This document shows, one piece after another, positions 1 to 10,462 of a DNA stretch of 64,000 bases (the first letter of the stretch is position 1; each line of letters starts with the position of its first letter). Below the pieces are notes generated by a model. That model ran no database searches. It was not told the origin of the DNA and saw only the letters and a program-made list of their open reading frames with translations. The translations under genes and the position numbers were made by a program. The DNA is taken from positions 2,870,899-2,934,898 of the forward strand of contig CAWCKY010000006.1 of the NCBI GenBank assembly GCA_963796275.1, read 5' to 3'. This DNA is from an uncultured Acidobacteriota bacterium (lineage in GTDB: Bacteria > Acidobacteriota > Blastocatellia > RBC074).

Positions 1-15
1 CATCTCGATTCCGGA

Positions 16-1746
16 GTGAGGCACAAACTCGGCGAGTGGCGCTCGACGGCGATCTGCGGCAATGACATCACGTCGAGCTGCTTGTATGTAGCCGCGCTCA
101 GCGCGCTTTATGCCGGGCCGTTTGCGCCGCTTGCTCTGGTGGCGGTGGCGTTGCTGCTCTATATGTTTCGCAGCATCTACGCTGAAGTCGGCACGGCGTT
201 GCCGCTCAACGGCGGCGCTTACAACGTGTTGCTCAACACGACTTCGAAGGCCAAGGCCTCTGTGGCTGCCTGCCTGACGCTACTCTCCTATCTCGCCACC
301 GCGGTTATCAGTGCGAAGGAAGCCATGCATTACGCGCATAATCTGTGGAGCGGGATGAACGTCTTCTGGGCGACGATGGTACTGCTCGGCGTCTTTGCGA
401 TGCTCAACTTGATCGGCATCAGGGAGTCGTCGAGCGTGGCGCTGGCGCTGTTCATCATCCACATCGCCACGCTGACGATTCTGTCGCTGACTTCCGGCGT
501 TGCAGTGCTGACCGACCTATCCACCTTCGCCGCGAACTGGCAGGTGCCTGCGCCGGACGGGATGCTGAAGGCCATCTTCTTCGGCTTTTCGGCGGCGATG
601 CTCGGCATCAGCGGGTTTGAAAGCTCGGCCAACTTCATTGAGGAGCAAGAGGAGGGCGTCTTTCCGAAGACGCTTCGGAATATGTGGATCGCCGTAGCGA
701 TCTTCAACCCGCTGACAAGTCTGCTGGCAATGGGGCTGTTGCCGCTGGCGCAGATCGCTTCCAACAAGGAAGACTTGTTGGCCACTATGGGAATGATCTC
801 TGCGGGGCGCTGGTTGCACATAATGGTGAGCGTAGATGCGGCGCTGGTATTGTCAGGCGCAGTGTTAACGAGCTACGTCGGCGTGACGGGGCTGGTGCGG
901 CGGATGACGCTGGACCGCTGCCTACCGCAAATTCTGTTGCGCGAAAATGAATGGCGCGGGACAAACCACTGGATCATTGTGTTCTTCTTTCTGTTGTGCT
1001 GCTCGGTCTTGATGATCACCGCCGGAAGGATCGAGGCGCTAGCCGGCGTCTATACAATTTCATTTCTCGGCGTGATGGCGCTTTTCGCCATCGGCAACAT
1101 GCTGCTGAAGGTGAAGCGCGCGCGATTGCCGCGCGCCGTGCGTGCAAGTTGGCCAACCGTGGTGTTCGGTTTTCTCGCAGTGTGCATAGGCTTGCTCGGC
1201 AATCTGCTGATCAATCCCGCCTCTGTGCGCGTGTTCGGCGTCTATTTCGCTGTCGTCCTGGCAATTGTGGGGGTGATGTTTCTGCGCGTCCAGATTCTCA
1301 AAGTCGCGCTGGCCGTTTTGCGCGCGGCCGTTGAAAGGATGCAGGAAGCTAATCGCCTCATCTGTCGCTGGATCATCGCTGGCATTGAACGGATCAATAG
1401 TCAGCGCGTGATCTTCTTTACGCGCGGCGACAATCTGGCGACGCTCAATCGCGCGGCTCTCTACGTGCTGGAGAACGAGCAGACCAAACGGTTCAGGGTG
1501 GTTCACTGTTACGAACGCGAGGAAGACATACCCGCCGATCTGGCGGAGCAGATTCGCATCATTGATCGCATCTATCCTGAGATACGCATTGATCTGTTGC
1601 TGGTTAAAGGAACCTTCTGCCCGGAATTGATCGAGCGCTTATCACAGCGGCTCGGTGTGCCAAAAAACTATATGTTCATCGGCACACCCGGCGACCGCTT
1701 CCCACACCGGATCGCCGATCTGGGAGGGGTGCGATTGATTATGTGA
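16..1746 (+). CDS. APC family amino acid permease with C-terminal cytoplasmic domain (frame is open to the window edge, so the true start may lie upstream)
   Basis: About 12 hydrophobic segments; APC motifs GNDITSS, ALPLNGGAY, GISGFESSAN; soluble C-terminal domain. Confidence 0.85.
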   Translation: MRHKLGEWRSTAICGNDITSSCLYVAALSALYAGPFAPLALVAVALLLYMFRSIYAEVGTALPLNGGAYNVLLNTTSKAKASVAACLTLLSYLATAVISAKEAMHYAHNLWSGMNVFWATMVLLGVFAMLNLIGIRESSSVALALFIIHIATLTILSLTSGVAVLTDLSTFAANWQVPAPDGMLKAIFFGFSAAMLGISGFESSANFIEEQEEGVFPKTLRNMWIAVAIFNPLTSLLAMGLLPLAQIASNKEDLLATMGMISAGRWLHIMVSVDAALVLSGAVLTSYVGVTGLVRRMTLDRCLPQILLRENEWRGTNHWIIVFFFLLCCSVLMITAGRIEALAGVYTISFLGVMALFAIGNMLLKVKRARLPRAVRASWPTVVFGFLAVCIGLLGNLLINPASVRVFGVYFAVVLAIVGVMFLRVQILKVALAVLRAAVERMQEANRLICRWIIAGIERINSQRVIFFTRGDNLATLNRAALYVLENEQTKRFRVVHCYEREEDIPADLAEQIRIIDRIYPEIRIDLLLVKGTFCPELIERLSQRLGVPKNYMFIGTPGDRFPHRIADLGGVRLIM

Positions 1747-1873
1747 TCTCGCGACGGGAGCGCGGCAAGAATTTCGGGTAGAGTCGTATGGCAAATTGGG
1801 ACCATCTGTTGCCGGATACAGCAATGTCGTCTGTGCAGGAGTACATTTTTTCGCTTCCGAAGGAGTGTTTTGT

Positions 1874-3652
1874 ATGAGTGAAACCGTAGGTTCTATGGTG
1901 CGGCCGCCGCATTGGCTGAGCGGATGGCGTGACAAACTCGCGGCGAGCCTCGGCGTGTCGCCGCAGCGCAAGGAAGAGATTTACCTTGAACTGTCGAAAT
2001 CCACCACGCTGCGTGATCCGAGTTACTGGCTCCAAATCGTCTTTGCTGCTGGCATCGCCACACTGGGGTTGGTTCTCAACAGCCCGGCGGTGATTATCGG
2101 CGCGATGCTCATCTCGCCCTTGATGGGCCCGATTCTAGCGGGCGGCCTGGCTTTTGCTTCCGGCGACCTGATTCTCGGCCTGCGTGCAGGCATCATGCTG
2201 CTGTTGAGCTGTATCGTGGCGATCGCTTTTTCGGTGCTGCTCGTCGGATTCTTACCGTTCAAGGAGATGACCGGCGAGATCGCTGCGCGGACGCAGCCGA
2301 ACACGCTCGATCTGGTAGTTGCACTCTTCTCCGGCGCTATTGGCTCAATGGCGGTTTGCAAGGAGGTCAAGGGCGTCGTGACTTCGGTTCCGGGTGTGGC
2401 GATCGCCGTCGCGTTGATGCCGCCATTGTGTGTTGTCGGTTACGGGATCGGCGTGGCCGTGAGCTTGAACGGCGCAGAGGGGATGCGCGTGGCGCGCGGC
2501 GGCGGATTGCTGTTTTTGACCAACCTCGTGACGATCACCTTCACGGCGATGGTTGTCTTTCTGGTCTTGCACATCGACACGAGGCAGGTGAAAGAGCGTG
2601 TGCGCGAATGGCGCAGCGAGGATAAGGAGAGTGTCCTGGCCCGTTATCTGCTCATGCGCTTTCGCGTTTCGGACAAAGTGCGCAGCATCGGAGGGTTGTC
2701 CAGCCGTCTGGTGATGGTCCTCGCGGCCATCGCGCTGTTGCTGATCCCGCTCACCCAGTCGCTCAGCCAGCTCAAGGGCGAGATCGCGCGGCAGCAGTGG
2801 GAAAATCGCGTGCGGCGCGTCGCCACCCAGTTGTGGCAAAACCATTATGAGAAAATGCCGGGCGGCGAAGCGCGTTCCTTCCTCGATTCTCTCGCGATTT
2901 CGGATGCGGATGGCAAGATCATGCTGGTGCTGCGTGTCTTCGACATTAAACCATACACAGAAGCCGAGAAGGCCGAATATATGCGGCTCGTGGCCGAACG
3001 GCTTGGCAGGCCGGCGGATTCCGTCAGACTGCAACTGATCGAGATTCCTACCGCTGCGGCGCTGCTCGGTGCGAAGGCGAGAGAGGAGAGGCGCGAGGTG
3101 CCGCCGCCAACGGTCGCACAATTGCGCGCCAGCTTTTGGCAGGGAGTCGAAGCAGCGATGCAGGGAGTACGGCTGCCGCCGTCGATGCAGCTGCTCGGTT
3201 ACCGGGTCGTGACCGGCTCCACCGAGCCGACGCGCCTCGTAATTGTGTACCTCGGCGAGCGTGACATCGAAAGCGACGCGCAGGCGTTGATCGCTGAGGA
3301 TGTTCGCGCACGGCTCGCCATACCGAACACGGAGATGAGTTGCGAACGGGTACAGTCGCTCTTCGGCCCGATCGGCTTCAGACGTAACCAGGCGTCGTTG
3401 CCTGCGAGAGTCTCAAATCTGCTTGATCAAATCGGGCAGATGCTCCAGCAGTATCCAGAGTTGCGGGCCGAGGTCGTCGCACATGCGGAAGGGCCGGAAC
3501 GTGTGTGGATCGCCGAAGAGCGCGCACAGGCCGTCAGCAATTACTTGAGCGAGCGCAGCGGGGTTGCATCCGAGCGAATCAAAATCACAACCCGCCCTGA
3601 AGCGGCGCACAACGTCATCGTCAGGCTGGTTAAGAACAGTCAGGGTCAGTGA
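1874..3652 (+). CDS. DUF389 (TIGR00341-like) membrane protein with C-terminal OmpA-like domain
   Basis: Motifs IATLGLVLNSPAVIIGAMLISPLMGPI, EIAARTQPN, PGVAIAVALMPP; C-terminal EERAQAVSNYL resembles an OmpA domain; ATG 1874 follows AGGAG. Confidence 0.8.
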   Translation: MSETVGSMVRPPHWLSGWRDKLAASLGVSPQRKEEIYLELSKSTTLRDPSYWLQIVFAAGIATLGLVLNSPAVIIGAMLISPLMGPILAGGLAFASGDLILGLRAGIMLLLSCIVAIAFSVLLVGFLPFKEMTGEIAARTQPNTLDLVVALFSGAIGSMAVCKEVKGVVTSVPGVAIAVALMPPLCVVGYGIGVAVSLNGAEGMRVARGGGLLFLTNLVTITFTAMVVFLVLHIDTRQVKERVREWRSEDKESVLARYLLMRFRVSDKVRSIGGLSSRLVMVLAAIALLLIPLTQSLSQLKGEIARQQWENRVRRVATQLWQNHYEKMPGGEARSFLDSLAISDADGKIMLVLRVFDIKPYTEAEKAEYMRLVAERLGRPADSVRLQLIEIPTAAALLGAKAREERREVPPPTVAQLRASFWQGVEAAMQGVRLPPSMQLLGYRVVTGSTEPTRLVIVYLGERDIESDAQALIAEDVRARLAIPNTEMSCERVQSLFGPIGFRRNQASLPARVSNLLDQIGQMLQQYPELRAEVVAHAEGPERVWIAEERAQAVSNYLSERSGVASERIKITTRPEAAHNVIVRLVKNSQGQ

Positions 3653-4047
3653 TAGTATTCGCTCTCTATTTGCGGCTCTTAGCTCTCTGACCAGGGAGCA
3701 TAGCATTAAGGACCTGGACATCGAGCCGAGGATCAAATCATCAAAGCTTTTCCCGAAGATACTGCACCGCGCTTCCGCTTCGGTGTGTGCAGCCGATGAA
3801 ATGTTGCTACCAATCCGGTTTGATAAAAGCCACTCATTGCACCTCCTATTCATTTAACGGCTGACCGGGATGAAGGTCAGCGTGACATATCGGGCGGGTA
3901 CTAGTGTCGTCAACGCCGATTTGGCGTGCGGTTTCGCATCATCAGAGATAGTGTCAGTTGTGCTGTGTAGCAATTTGGGACTAAGGGTTGGTCAAACGCT
4001 ACAGTTCTCCCAAACGTCTACAAGTCTATCCTCTGGGCGATCGCACG

Positions 4048-4062
4048 TGGCACTCGAATTGC
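4048..4062 (+). promoter_or_regulatory. sigma54 -24/-12 promoter of the treZ-glgB operon
   Basis: TGGCAC-TCGAA-TTGC, exact consensus, 63 nt before the treZ ATG. Confidence 0.75.
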
Positions 4063-4125
4063 CCTTAATGCAATGAACACTGGTTGAACCAACGCTCTGT
4101 CTTTTCAAGTCACTAAGGAGAGTCT

Positions 4126-5961
4126 ATGGGTATCAAGATCGGCGCTCGCTGTGCAGGTGTCAGCGGATGTGAGTTCATAGTTTGGGCCCCACAAGTGAAT
4201 GAAGTTGCCCTTAAGCTGCTCTCGCCTGAGCTGAGAATGATCCCGATGGAACGGGATGAATGGGGATATTGGCGCACGGCGCTCGATAACGTTGCAGCCG
4301 GCGCGCGGTATCTTTACCGCATCGACAACGATGAGGAGCGACCTGATCCGGCATCACATCTCCAGCCCTTCGGAGTGCATGGTTCATCGGAGGTCGTCAC
4401 GCACGATGATTTTCCGTGGTCGGATCAGGGCTGGGCAGGCATCCAGAAGGAGCAGTTGGTCATTTCCGAACTGCACGTCGGCGCCTTCACACCCGAAGGG
4501 ACATTTGACGCCATTATTCGGCGCTTGTCAGAACTACATGAGCTCGGCATTACAGCTATTGAGCTGATGCCGGTTGCTGAGTTCCCCGGCGAGCGGAACT
4601 GGGGCTACGACGGAGTCTATCCTTTCTCTGTGCATCACGCTTATGGCGGGCCGGTGGGATTGAAGCGATTGGTCAATGCCTGTCACGAGGCTGGGCTGGC
4701 GGTGATCCTTGATGTTGTATACAACCATCTCGGGCCGGAGGGAAATTATCTCGCACGGTTCGCGCCGTATTTCACCGACAAATACCGAACGCCCTGGGGT
4801 AGCGCAATCAATTTCGACGGCGCCTGGAGCGACGGCGTGCGGAACTACTTCATCGAAAACGCTCTGCATTGGTTCGGAAACTATCATATTGACGGCTTGA
4901 GACTGGATGCCATTCACGCAATTTTTGATCAGAGCGCAAGGCCTTTTTTACAGGAGTTGGCCGATGAGGTGACGGAATTCGCTGCGCAGCAGGGCCGGAA
5001 TCCATTCCTGGTTGCGGAATCAAACCTCAACGAGCCACGTGTCATCCGGCCGAAGAAGAGAGGAGGGTTCGGACTGGAGGGGGTATGGTGCGATGACTTT
5101 CATCATTCCTTGCGCACGCTGCTGATGGCTGACCGCAGCGGCTATTACGTGGACTTCGGATCTGTCGCGCATCTCGTCAAAGCAATGCGGGAGGGATTTG
5201 TTTACTCGGGCGAATATTCGGCATTCCGCAAACGAAGACATGGAAGCTCATCTGCCGACAGACCTGGCCATCAGTTTGTCGTCTTTGCACAGAATCATGA
5301 CCAGATCGGCAATCGCATGCTAGGCGAGCGACTAGCAGAGCTGGTTTCATTTGAAGCTCTCAAACTCGCTGCGGGAACGGTATTGCTCTCTCCCTTCATT
5401 CCGCTTTTGTTTATGGGTGAGGAGTACGGCGAGGACGCGCCATTTCTTTATTTCGTCAGCCACGGCGATCCGGATTTGATTTCGGCTGTGAGAGAAGGGC
5501 GGAAGGAAGAATTCAAAACCTTCAAGTGGACGGACGAGCCGCCGGATCCACAGGCTATGGATACGTATCTCCGATCGAAAGTCGATTGGGAGAAACGCAA
5601 TCAGGGCAGGCATCGTCTGTTGCGCGAGTTCTACCGAAAGCTGATCCGGTTGCGCCGCGAGATACCCGCGCTTGCGGCGCTCGATAAGAGCTGCCTGGAG
5701 GCGAGCGGGGACGAAAAGAAGCGAATCGTATTGATGCGTCGCTGGAATGGCGATAGTCGCATCTTCTGCGCCATGAATTTCAATAGTGAGGAAGTGAGCT
5801 TCCGCCATGAATTGCCGGGCGAATGGACCAGGCTGGTTGACTCGGCAGACGAGACCTGGGACGGACCGGGATCGTCGTTGCCTGAGAGAATCACTGCATG
5901 GGATGAGGTTCTCATTAAAGGGTCGAGCATGGCGCTCTATCGGCAGGAGGGTTTCTTATGA
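4126..5961 (+). CDS. treZ: malto-oligosyltrehalose trehalohydrolase (GH13)
   Basis: [57 protein letters not shown]; RBS AAGGAG. Confidence 0.95.
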   Translation: MGIKIGARCAGVSGCEFIVWAPQVNEVALKLLSPELRMIPMERDEWGYWRTALDNVAAGARYLYRIDNDEERPDPASHLQPFGVHGSSEVVTHDDFPWSDQGWAGIQKEQLVISELHVGAFTPEGTFDAIIRRLSELHELGITAIELMPVAEFPGERNWGYDGVYPFSVHHAYGGPVGLKRLVNACHEAGLAVILDVVYNHLGPEGNYLARFAPYFTDKYRTPWGSAINFDGAWSDGVRNYFIENALHWFGNYHIDGLRLDAIHAIFDQSARPFLQELADEVTEFAAQQGRNPFLVAESNLNEPRVIRPKKRGGFGLEGVWCDDFHHSLRTLLMADRSGYYVDFGSVAHLVKAMREGFVYSGEYSAFRKRRHGSSSADRPGHQFVVFAQNHDQIGNRMLGERLAELVSFEALKLAAGTVLLSPFIPLLFMGEEYGEDAPFLYFVSHGDPDLISAVREGRKEEFKTFKWTDEPPDPQAMDTYLRSKVDWEKRNQGRHRLLREFYRKLIRLRREIPALAALDKSCLEASGDEKKRIVLMRRWNGDSRIFCAMNFNSEEVSFRHELPGEWTRLVDSADETWDGPGSSLPERITAWDEVLIKGSSMALYRQEGFL

Positions 5962-8393
5962 GTCGTTATATCTGCATTCACGGACACTTTTATCAACCCC
6001 CGCGCGAGAACCCCTGGCTCGAAGAGGTAGAATTGCAGGATTCGTCCTACCCTTATCACGATTGGAATGAGCGCATCACAGCCGAGTGTTATGCGCCCAA
6101 TGCGGCAGCGCGCATCCTCGATCGCAACCGCGCTATTCGGGAGATCACCTGCAACTATGCCAGGATCAGTTTCGACTTCGGTCCTACACTCCTGGCCTGG
6201 CTGGAACGGCAAGTGCCGGAGGTCTATGCGGCAATTATCGAAGCCGATCGGGAGAGCCGGAAACGCTTCTCCGGTCATGGCTCGGCGTTGGCGCAGGTCT
6301 ATAACCATCTGATCATGCCGCTGGCCGACAATCGCGATAAGCAGACTCAGATCATATGGGGCATTGCAGATTTCGAGCATCGTTTCGGACGCCCGCCTGA
6401 AGGAATGTGGTTGCCGGAAACCGCCGTCGATCTTGAGACCCTCGAAATCCTCGCCCTGCAAGGCATTCGCTTCACGATTCTCGCGCCTCGGCAGGCACGG
6501 CAGGTACGCCGCCTGGATGAGAGATACTGGCATAACGTCGATAACTCCCGGATCGATCCGAAAAGGGCGTATCTGTGCCGTCTGCGGTCGGGCCGCAGTA
6601 TCAACTTGTTTTTTTACGATGGCCCGATTTCGCAGGACATCGCTTTCTGTGGATCGCTCAATAATGGTGAAACGCTGGTACAACGATGGCTGAGCGGATT
6701 CACGGAAGATCACAGAGAATCGCAACTTGTTCATTTTGCCACTGACGGTGAGACCTATGGACATCATCACCGTCATGGCGAAATGGCGCTGGCCTTTGCC
6801 CTTCATTATCTGGAGGAGCGCCGCCTTGCGAGATTGACTGTCTACGGCGAATTTTTGGAGAAACATCCCCCGCAATATGAGGTCGAGATCATCGAGAATT
6901 CCTCGTGGAGTTGCGTGCACGGCATCCAGAGATGGCGCGCACATTGCGGATGCAACTCGGGACGCGACAGTTGGACGCAGCATTGGCGCGCGCCGCTGCG
7001 CAAGGCGCTCGACTGGCTGCGAGATGAGCTGGCGGCAATCTATCAGAGTGAGATCACGCGTTACCTGCGTGATCCCTGGGCGGCGCGGGACGATTACATT
7101 TACGTCATCCTCGACCGTTCGGAGTCGAACGTCGAATCGTTTTTAGCTCGCCAGGCCTTGCGGGAGTTGCAGCGGCACGAAAAAGTCAGCGTCCTCCGGC
7201 TGCTCGAAATGCAACGGCATGCCATGCTCATGTTCACCAGTTGCGGCTGGTTCTTCGACGAGATTTCCGGGCTGGAGACGACCCAGGTGATGCAGTACGC
7301 CGCACGCGCCATCCAGCTCGCGGCGCGCAGCAGCGGAGTAGACCTTGAACCTGGCTTCCTCGATATTCTCCGGGGCGCCGGTAGCAACCTCCCGGAGCAT
7401 CGGGACGGGGCGGAGGTTTATCTGAAATTGGTCAAACCGTCGAAGGTTGATCTGCTGCGCGTCGGCGCCCATTATGCGGTGTCATCGCTCTTTGAGGACT
7501 ATCCGGAAACGTCCGTGATCTACAGCTACACAGCACAACGGCTCGTTTTCGACCGCCGTGAGGCGGGCCGTCACAAGCTAGCTGTCGGCAAAGCGGCATT
7601 GCGCTCCAACATCACCTGGGCCGAGCGCACAATCAGTTTTGCCGTGCTGCATTTAGGCGATCACTCTCTGGCGGGCGGAGCGCGGGAATTTATGGGCGAG
7701 GCAGCCTTCGCTGCTATGCATCAGGAGATCACCCAAGCATTCTCGCGCAGCGACGTGCCGGAGGTCATCCGCCTGATAGATAGGAACTTCGAGATCCACA
7801 AATACTCGCTCTGGTATCTGTTTCGAGACGAACAACGGAAAATCTTCTCGCACATTCTCGATTCGACTCTTCAGGACATCGAAGCCTCTTTCCATCAAAT
7901 CTACGAACACAACTACCCGATTGTGCAGGCGATGCGGGATCTGAATATCCCGCTGCCGAAAGCGCTCGCAACCCCGGTTGAATACACGCTCAAGGGGAAG
8001 CTGCGTGAGGTGCTACAGGCTCAAGTCCCGGACCTGGTGCACCTCCAAAGCCTCATGGATGAGATCAATAGATGGGAATTCGAAACTGAGAAGTCCTCGC
8101 TCGGATATATCGCCAGCAGCCGGATCGAAACGCTGATGGAGCGTTTCGCCGCTGACCCGCGCGACTTGCAATTGCTCCAAACCATTGAAGGGATGATGCG
8201 GATTCTACAAACCCCGTCTATTAAGCTTGATCTGATGAAGGCACAGAATTTGCACTTCCGTATCGCCAGAACGCTGTATCAAACAATGGCAGCAGAGGCA
8301 ACAAGGGGAGGCGAATCCGCCAAACAGTGGGTAAGCCTCTTTGACAGTCTGGGCACATATTTGCAGATCTGCAGGCGCATGAGCCATCTGTGA
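5958..8393 (+). CDS. GH57 glycoside hydrolase with DUF3536 domain
   Basis: [54 protein letters not shown]; ATGA overlap with treZ. Confidence 0.9.
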   Translation: MSRYICIHGHFYQPPRENPWLEEVELQDSSYPYHDWNERITAECYAPNAAARILDRNRAIREITCNYARISFDFGPTLLAWLERQVPEVYAAIIEADRESRKRFSGHGSALAQVYNHLIMPLADNRDKQTQIIWGIADFEHRFGRPPEGMWLPETAVDLETLEILALQGIRFTILAPRQARQVRRLDERYWHNVDNSRIDPKRAYLCRLRSGRSINLFFYDGPISQDIAFCGSLNNGETLVQRWLSGFTEDHRESQLVHFATDGETYGHHHRHGEMALAFALHYLEERRLARLTVYGEFLEKHPPQYEVEIIENSSWSCVHGIQRWRAHCGCNSGRDSWTQHWRAPLRKALDWLRDELAAIYQSEITRYLRDPWAARDDYIYVILDRSESNVESFLARQALRELQRHEKVSVLRLLEMQRHAMLMFTSCGWFFDEISGLETTQVMQYAARAIQLAARSSGVDLEPGFLDILRGAGSNLPEHRDGAEVYLKLVKPSKVDLLRVGAHYAVSSLFEDYPETSVIYSYTAQRLVFDRREAGRHKLAVGKAALRSNITWAERTISFAVLHLGDHSLAGGAREFMGEAAFAAMHQEITQAFSRSDVPEVIRLIDRNFEIHKYSLWYLFRDEQRKIFSHILDSTLQDIEASFHQIYEHNYPIVQAMRDLNIPLPKALATPVEYTLKGKLREVLQAQVPDLVHLQSLMDEINRWEFETEKSSLGYIASSRIETLMERFAADPRDLQLLQTIEGMMRILQTPSIKLDLMKAQNLHFRIARTLYQTMAAEATRGGESAKQWVSLFDSLGTYLQICRRMSHL

Positions 8394-8448
8394 TGTTGGA
8401 AGAGTCTTAGACATCTACCACCTCGAAAGGAGGCAAGGTCGGGAAGTA

Positions 8449-10434
8449 ATGATAGTTGAGGAAAAAAAAAGGGTGATCATCGAAGGCGTCCACCCCGAAA
8501 TTGATAGCGGCCAATTTCCCATCAAACGGGTCGTCGGCGAACAGGTCATCGTGCAAGCCGACATCTTCGCGGATGGTCATGACGCAATCGCGGCCGTGCT
8601 TCTCTATCGCAAGGCTGCCGAGATGGGCTGGCACGAAACGCCGATGAAACCTTTGGGCAATGATCGCTGGGAGGCTGCCTTTACAGTCGAGGGGATCGGA
8701 TTTTATTACTATACGCTGCAGGCCTGGGTAGATCACTTCCAAACCTGGCGGAAAGACCTGGGCAAGCGGGTCGAAGCTGAACAGGACGTCAAGATCGAGT
8801 TGCTGATCGGGGCCCAATATCTGGAGGCGGCGGCTGAGAGCGCCTCTCCCGCTCTCAGCCAACATCTGCGAACGTGGGCCGGGACGCTCAGTAATGCGCA
8901 GGAGATCGAAAGAGCCATTTCGCTCGCCTTGAGCGATGAACTGGCCAAAGTCATGGCAGCTTCGGCGGACCGGAGCCGGGCGACCGGTTATCCGAAAGAA
9001 CTGTCCGTCTCGGTCGATCGAAAACGGGCGCTTTTCAGTGCATGGTATGAGCTCTTTCCCCGATCTTACGGGCAGGAACCGGGGCAGCATGGCGCCTTCA
9101 AAGATTGCGAGCGGTTGCTTTCCAAGATTGCGAATCTCGGCTTTGACATCGTCTATCTACCGCCGATTCACCCGATCGGGGCGACGAAGCGGAAGGGGAA
9201 GAACAACTCACCGGTTGCCGAAGCCGGCGATGTCGGAAGCCCCTGGGCGATCGGTTCAGAACACGGAGGCCATAAGGCTGTCGCGCCGGAGCTGGGTGAT
9301 CTGAAAGACTTCGAGAGATTCGTCGCCCGTGCGAAACATCATGGCCTGGAGGTGGCCATGGACCTCGCCTTCCAGGCGTCTCGGGATCACCCTGATGTCA
9401 AACAACACCCTGAATGGTTTCGCTGGCGGCCCGACGGTACGGTGCAATACGCTGAAAACCCGCCCAAAAAGTATCAGGATGTGCTGCCTTACTATTTCGA
9501 GACCGAAAATTGGCAGGAGCTCTGGGAAGAGTTGAGAAGCGTCGTTCTCTTCTGGATAGAGCGCGGCGTACGCATCTTTCGCGTGGATAACCCGCACACT
9601 AAACCGATACATTTTTGGGAATGGCTCATTGCCGAGGTGAAGCGGGAATATCCGGATGTGATCTTCCTTTCGGAAGCATTTACGCGTCCTAAAGTTATGT
9701 TCCGCCTGGCTAAGGTGGGCTTCACGCAGTCATATACCTATTTCACCTGGCGCAATACCAAACAGGAGATCATTGAGTACCTGACCGAATTGACCGGGTC
9801 GGAAGCGCGCCAGTATTTCCGTCCAAACTTTTGGCCCAACACGCCTGACATTCTCCCTGAGTTTTTGCAATACGGCGGACGGCCTGCATTCATCATCCGG
9901 CTGATTATGGCGGCGACGCTCTCGTCCAACTATGGCGTCTATGGAGCGGCTTACGAGCTCTGCGTTAACGAAGCGGTCCCCGGAAAAGAGGAGTACCTGA
10001 ATTCGGAGAAATACGAATTGAAGCGCTGGGAGACGAGCCAACCCGGAAATCTGCGGAACCTGATCGCTCGAGTAAATCGCATCCGGCGGGAGAACCCTGC
10101 GCTACAGACGACCTGGAATCTGAAGTTCTACGAAACGGACAACGAACAGATTCTGTTTTATGGCAAGGCGACCGATGATCAATCCAACCTGATGCTGATC
10201 ACGGTCAATCTCGACCCTTTTCATCCGCATTCAGGTTATGTTCGGGTGCCTCTGGCCGAGCTTGGCATCGGACCTAAGCAGGCCTATCTCGTGCATGACT
10301 TGTTGAGCGATGACAAATATATCTGGCAGGGAGAACTCAATTACGTAGAGATGGATCCACGGGCTATGCCTGCGCACATATTCCGCGTTCATCGTCGTAT
10401 GCGCCGGGAAGCGGATTTTGACTACTTCATGTAA
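8449..10434 (+). CDS. glgE: alpha-1,4-glucan:maltose-1-phosphate maltosyltransferase
   Basis: WYELFPRS, YLPPIHPIG, YAENPPKKYQD, FRVDNPHTKP, LSEAFTRP, NFWPNTPDIL, EEYLNSEKYE. Confidence 0.95.
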   Translation: MIVEEKKRVIIEGVHPEIDSGQFPIKRVVGEQVIVQADIFADGHDAIAAVLLYRKAAEMGWHETPMKPLGNDRWEAAFTVEGIGFYYYTLQAWVDHFQTWRKDLGKRVEAEQDVKIELLIGAQYLEAAAESASPALSQHLRTWAGTLSNAQEIERAISLALSDELAKVMAASADRSRATGYPKELSVSVDRKRALFSAWYELFPRSYGQEPGQHGAFKDCERLLSKIANLGFDIVYLPPIHPIGATKRKGKNNSPVAEAGDVGSPWAIGSEHGGHKAVAPELGDLKDFERFVARAKHHGLEVAMDLAFQASRDHPDVKQHPEWFRWRPDGTVQYAENPPKKYQDVLPYYFETENWQELWEELRSVVLFWIERGVRIFRVDNPHTKPIHFWEWLIAEVKREYPDVIFLSEAFTRPKVMFRLAKVGFTQSYTYFTWRNTKQEIIEYLTELTGSEARQYFRPNFWPNTPDILPEFLQYGGRPAFIIRLIMAATLSSNYGVYGAAYELCVNEAVPGKEEYLNSEKYELKRWETSQPGNLRNLIARVNRIRRENPALQTTWNLKFYETDNEQILFYGKATDDQSNLMLITVNLDPFHPHSGYVRVPLAELGIGPKQAYLVHDLLSDDKYIWQGELNYVEMDPRAMPAHIFRVHRRMRREADFDYFM

Positions 10435-10462
10435 ATGATATTCAGCGGAAAGGAGGCCTGTC

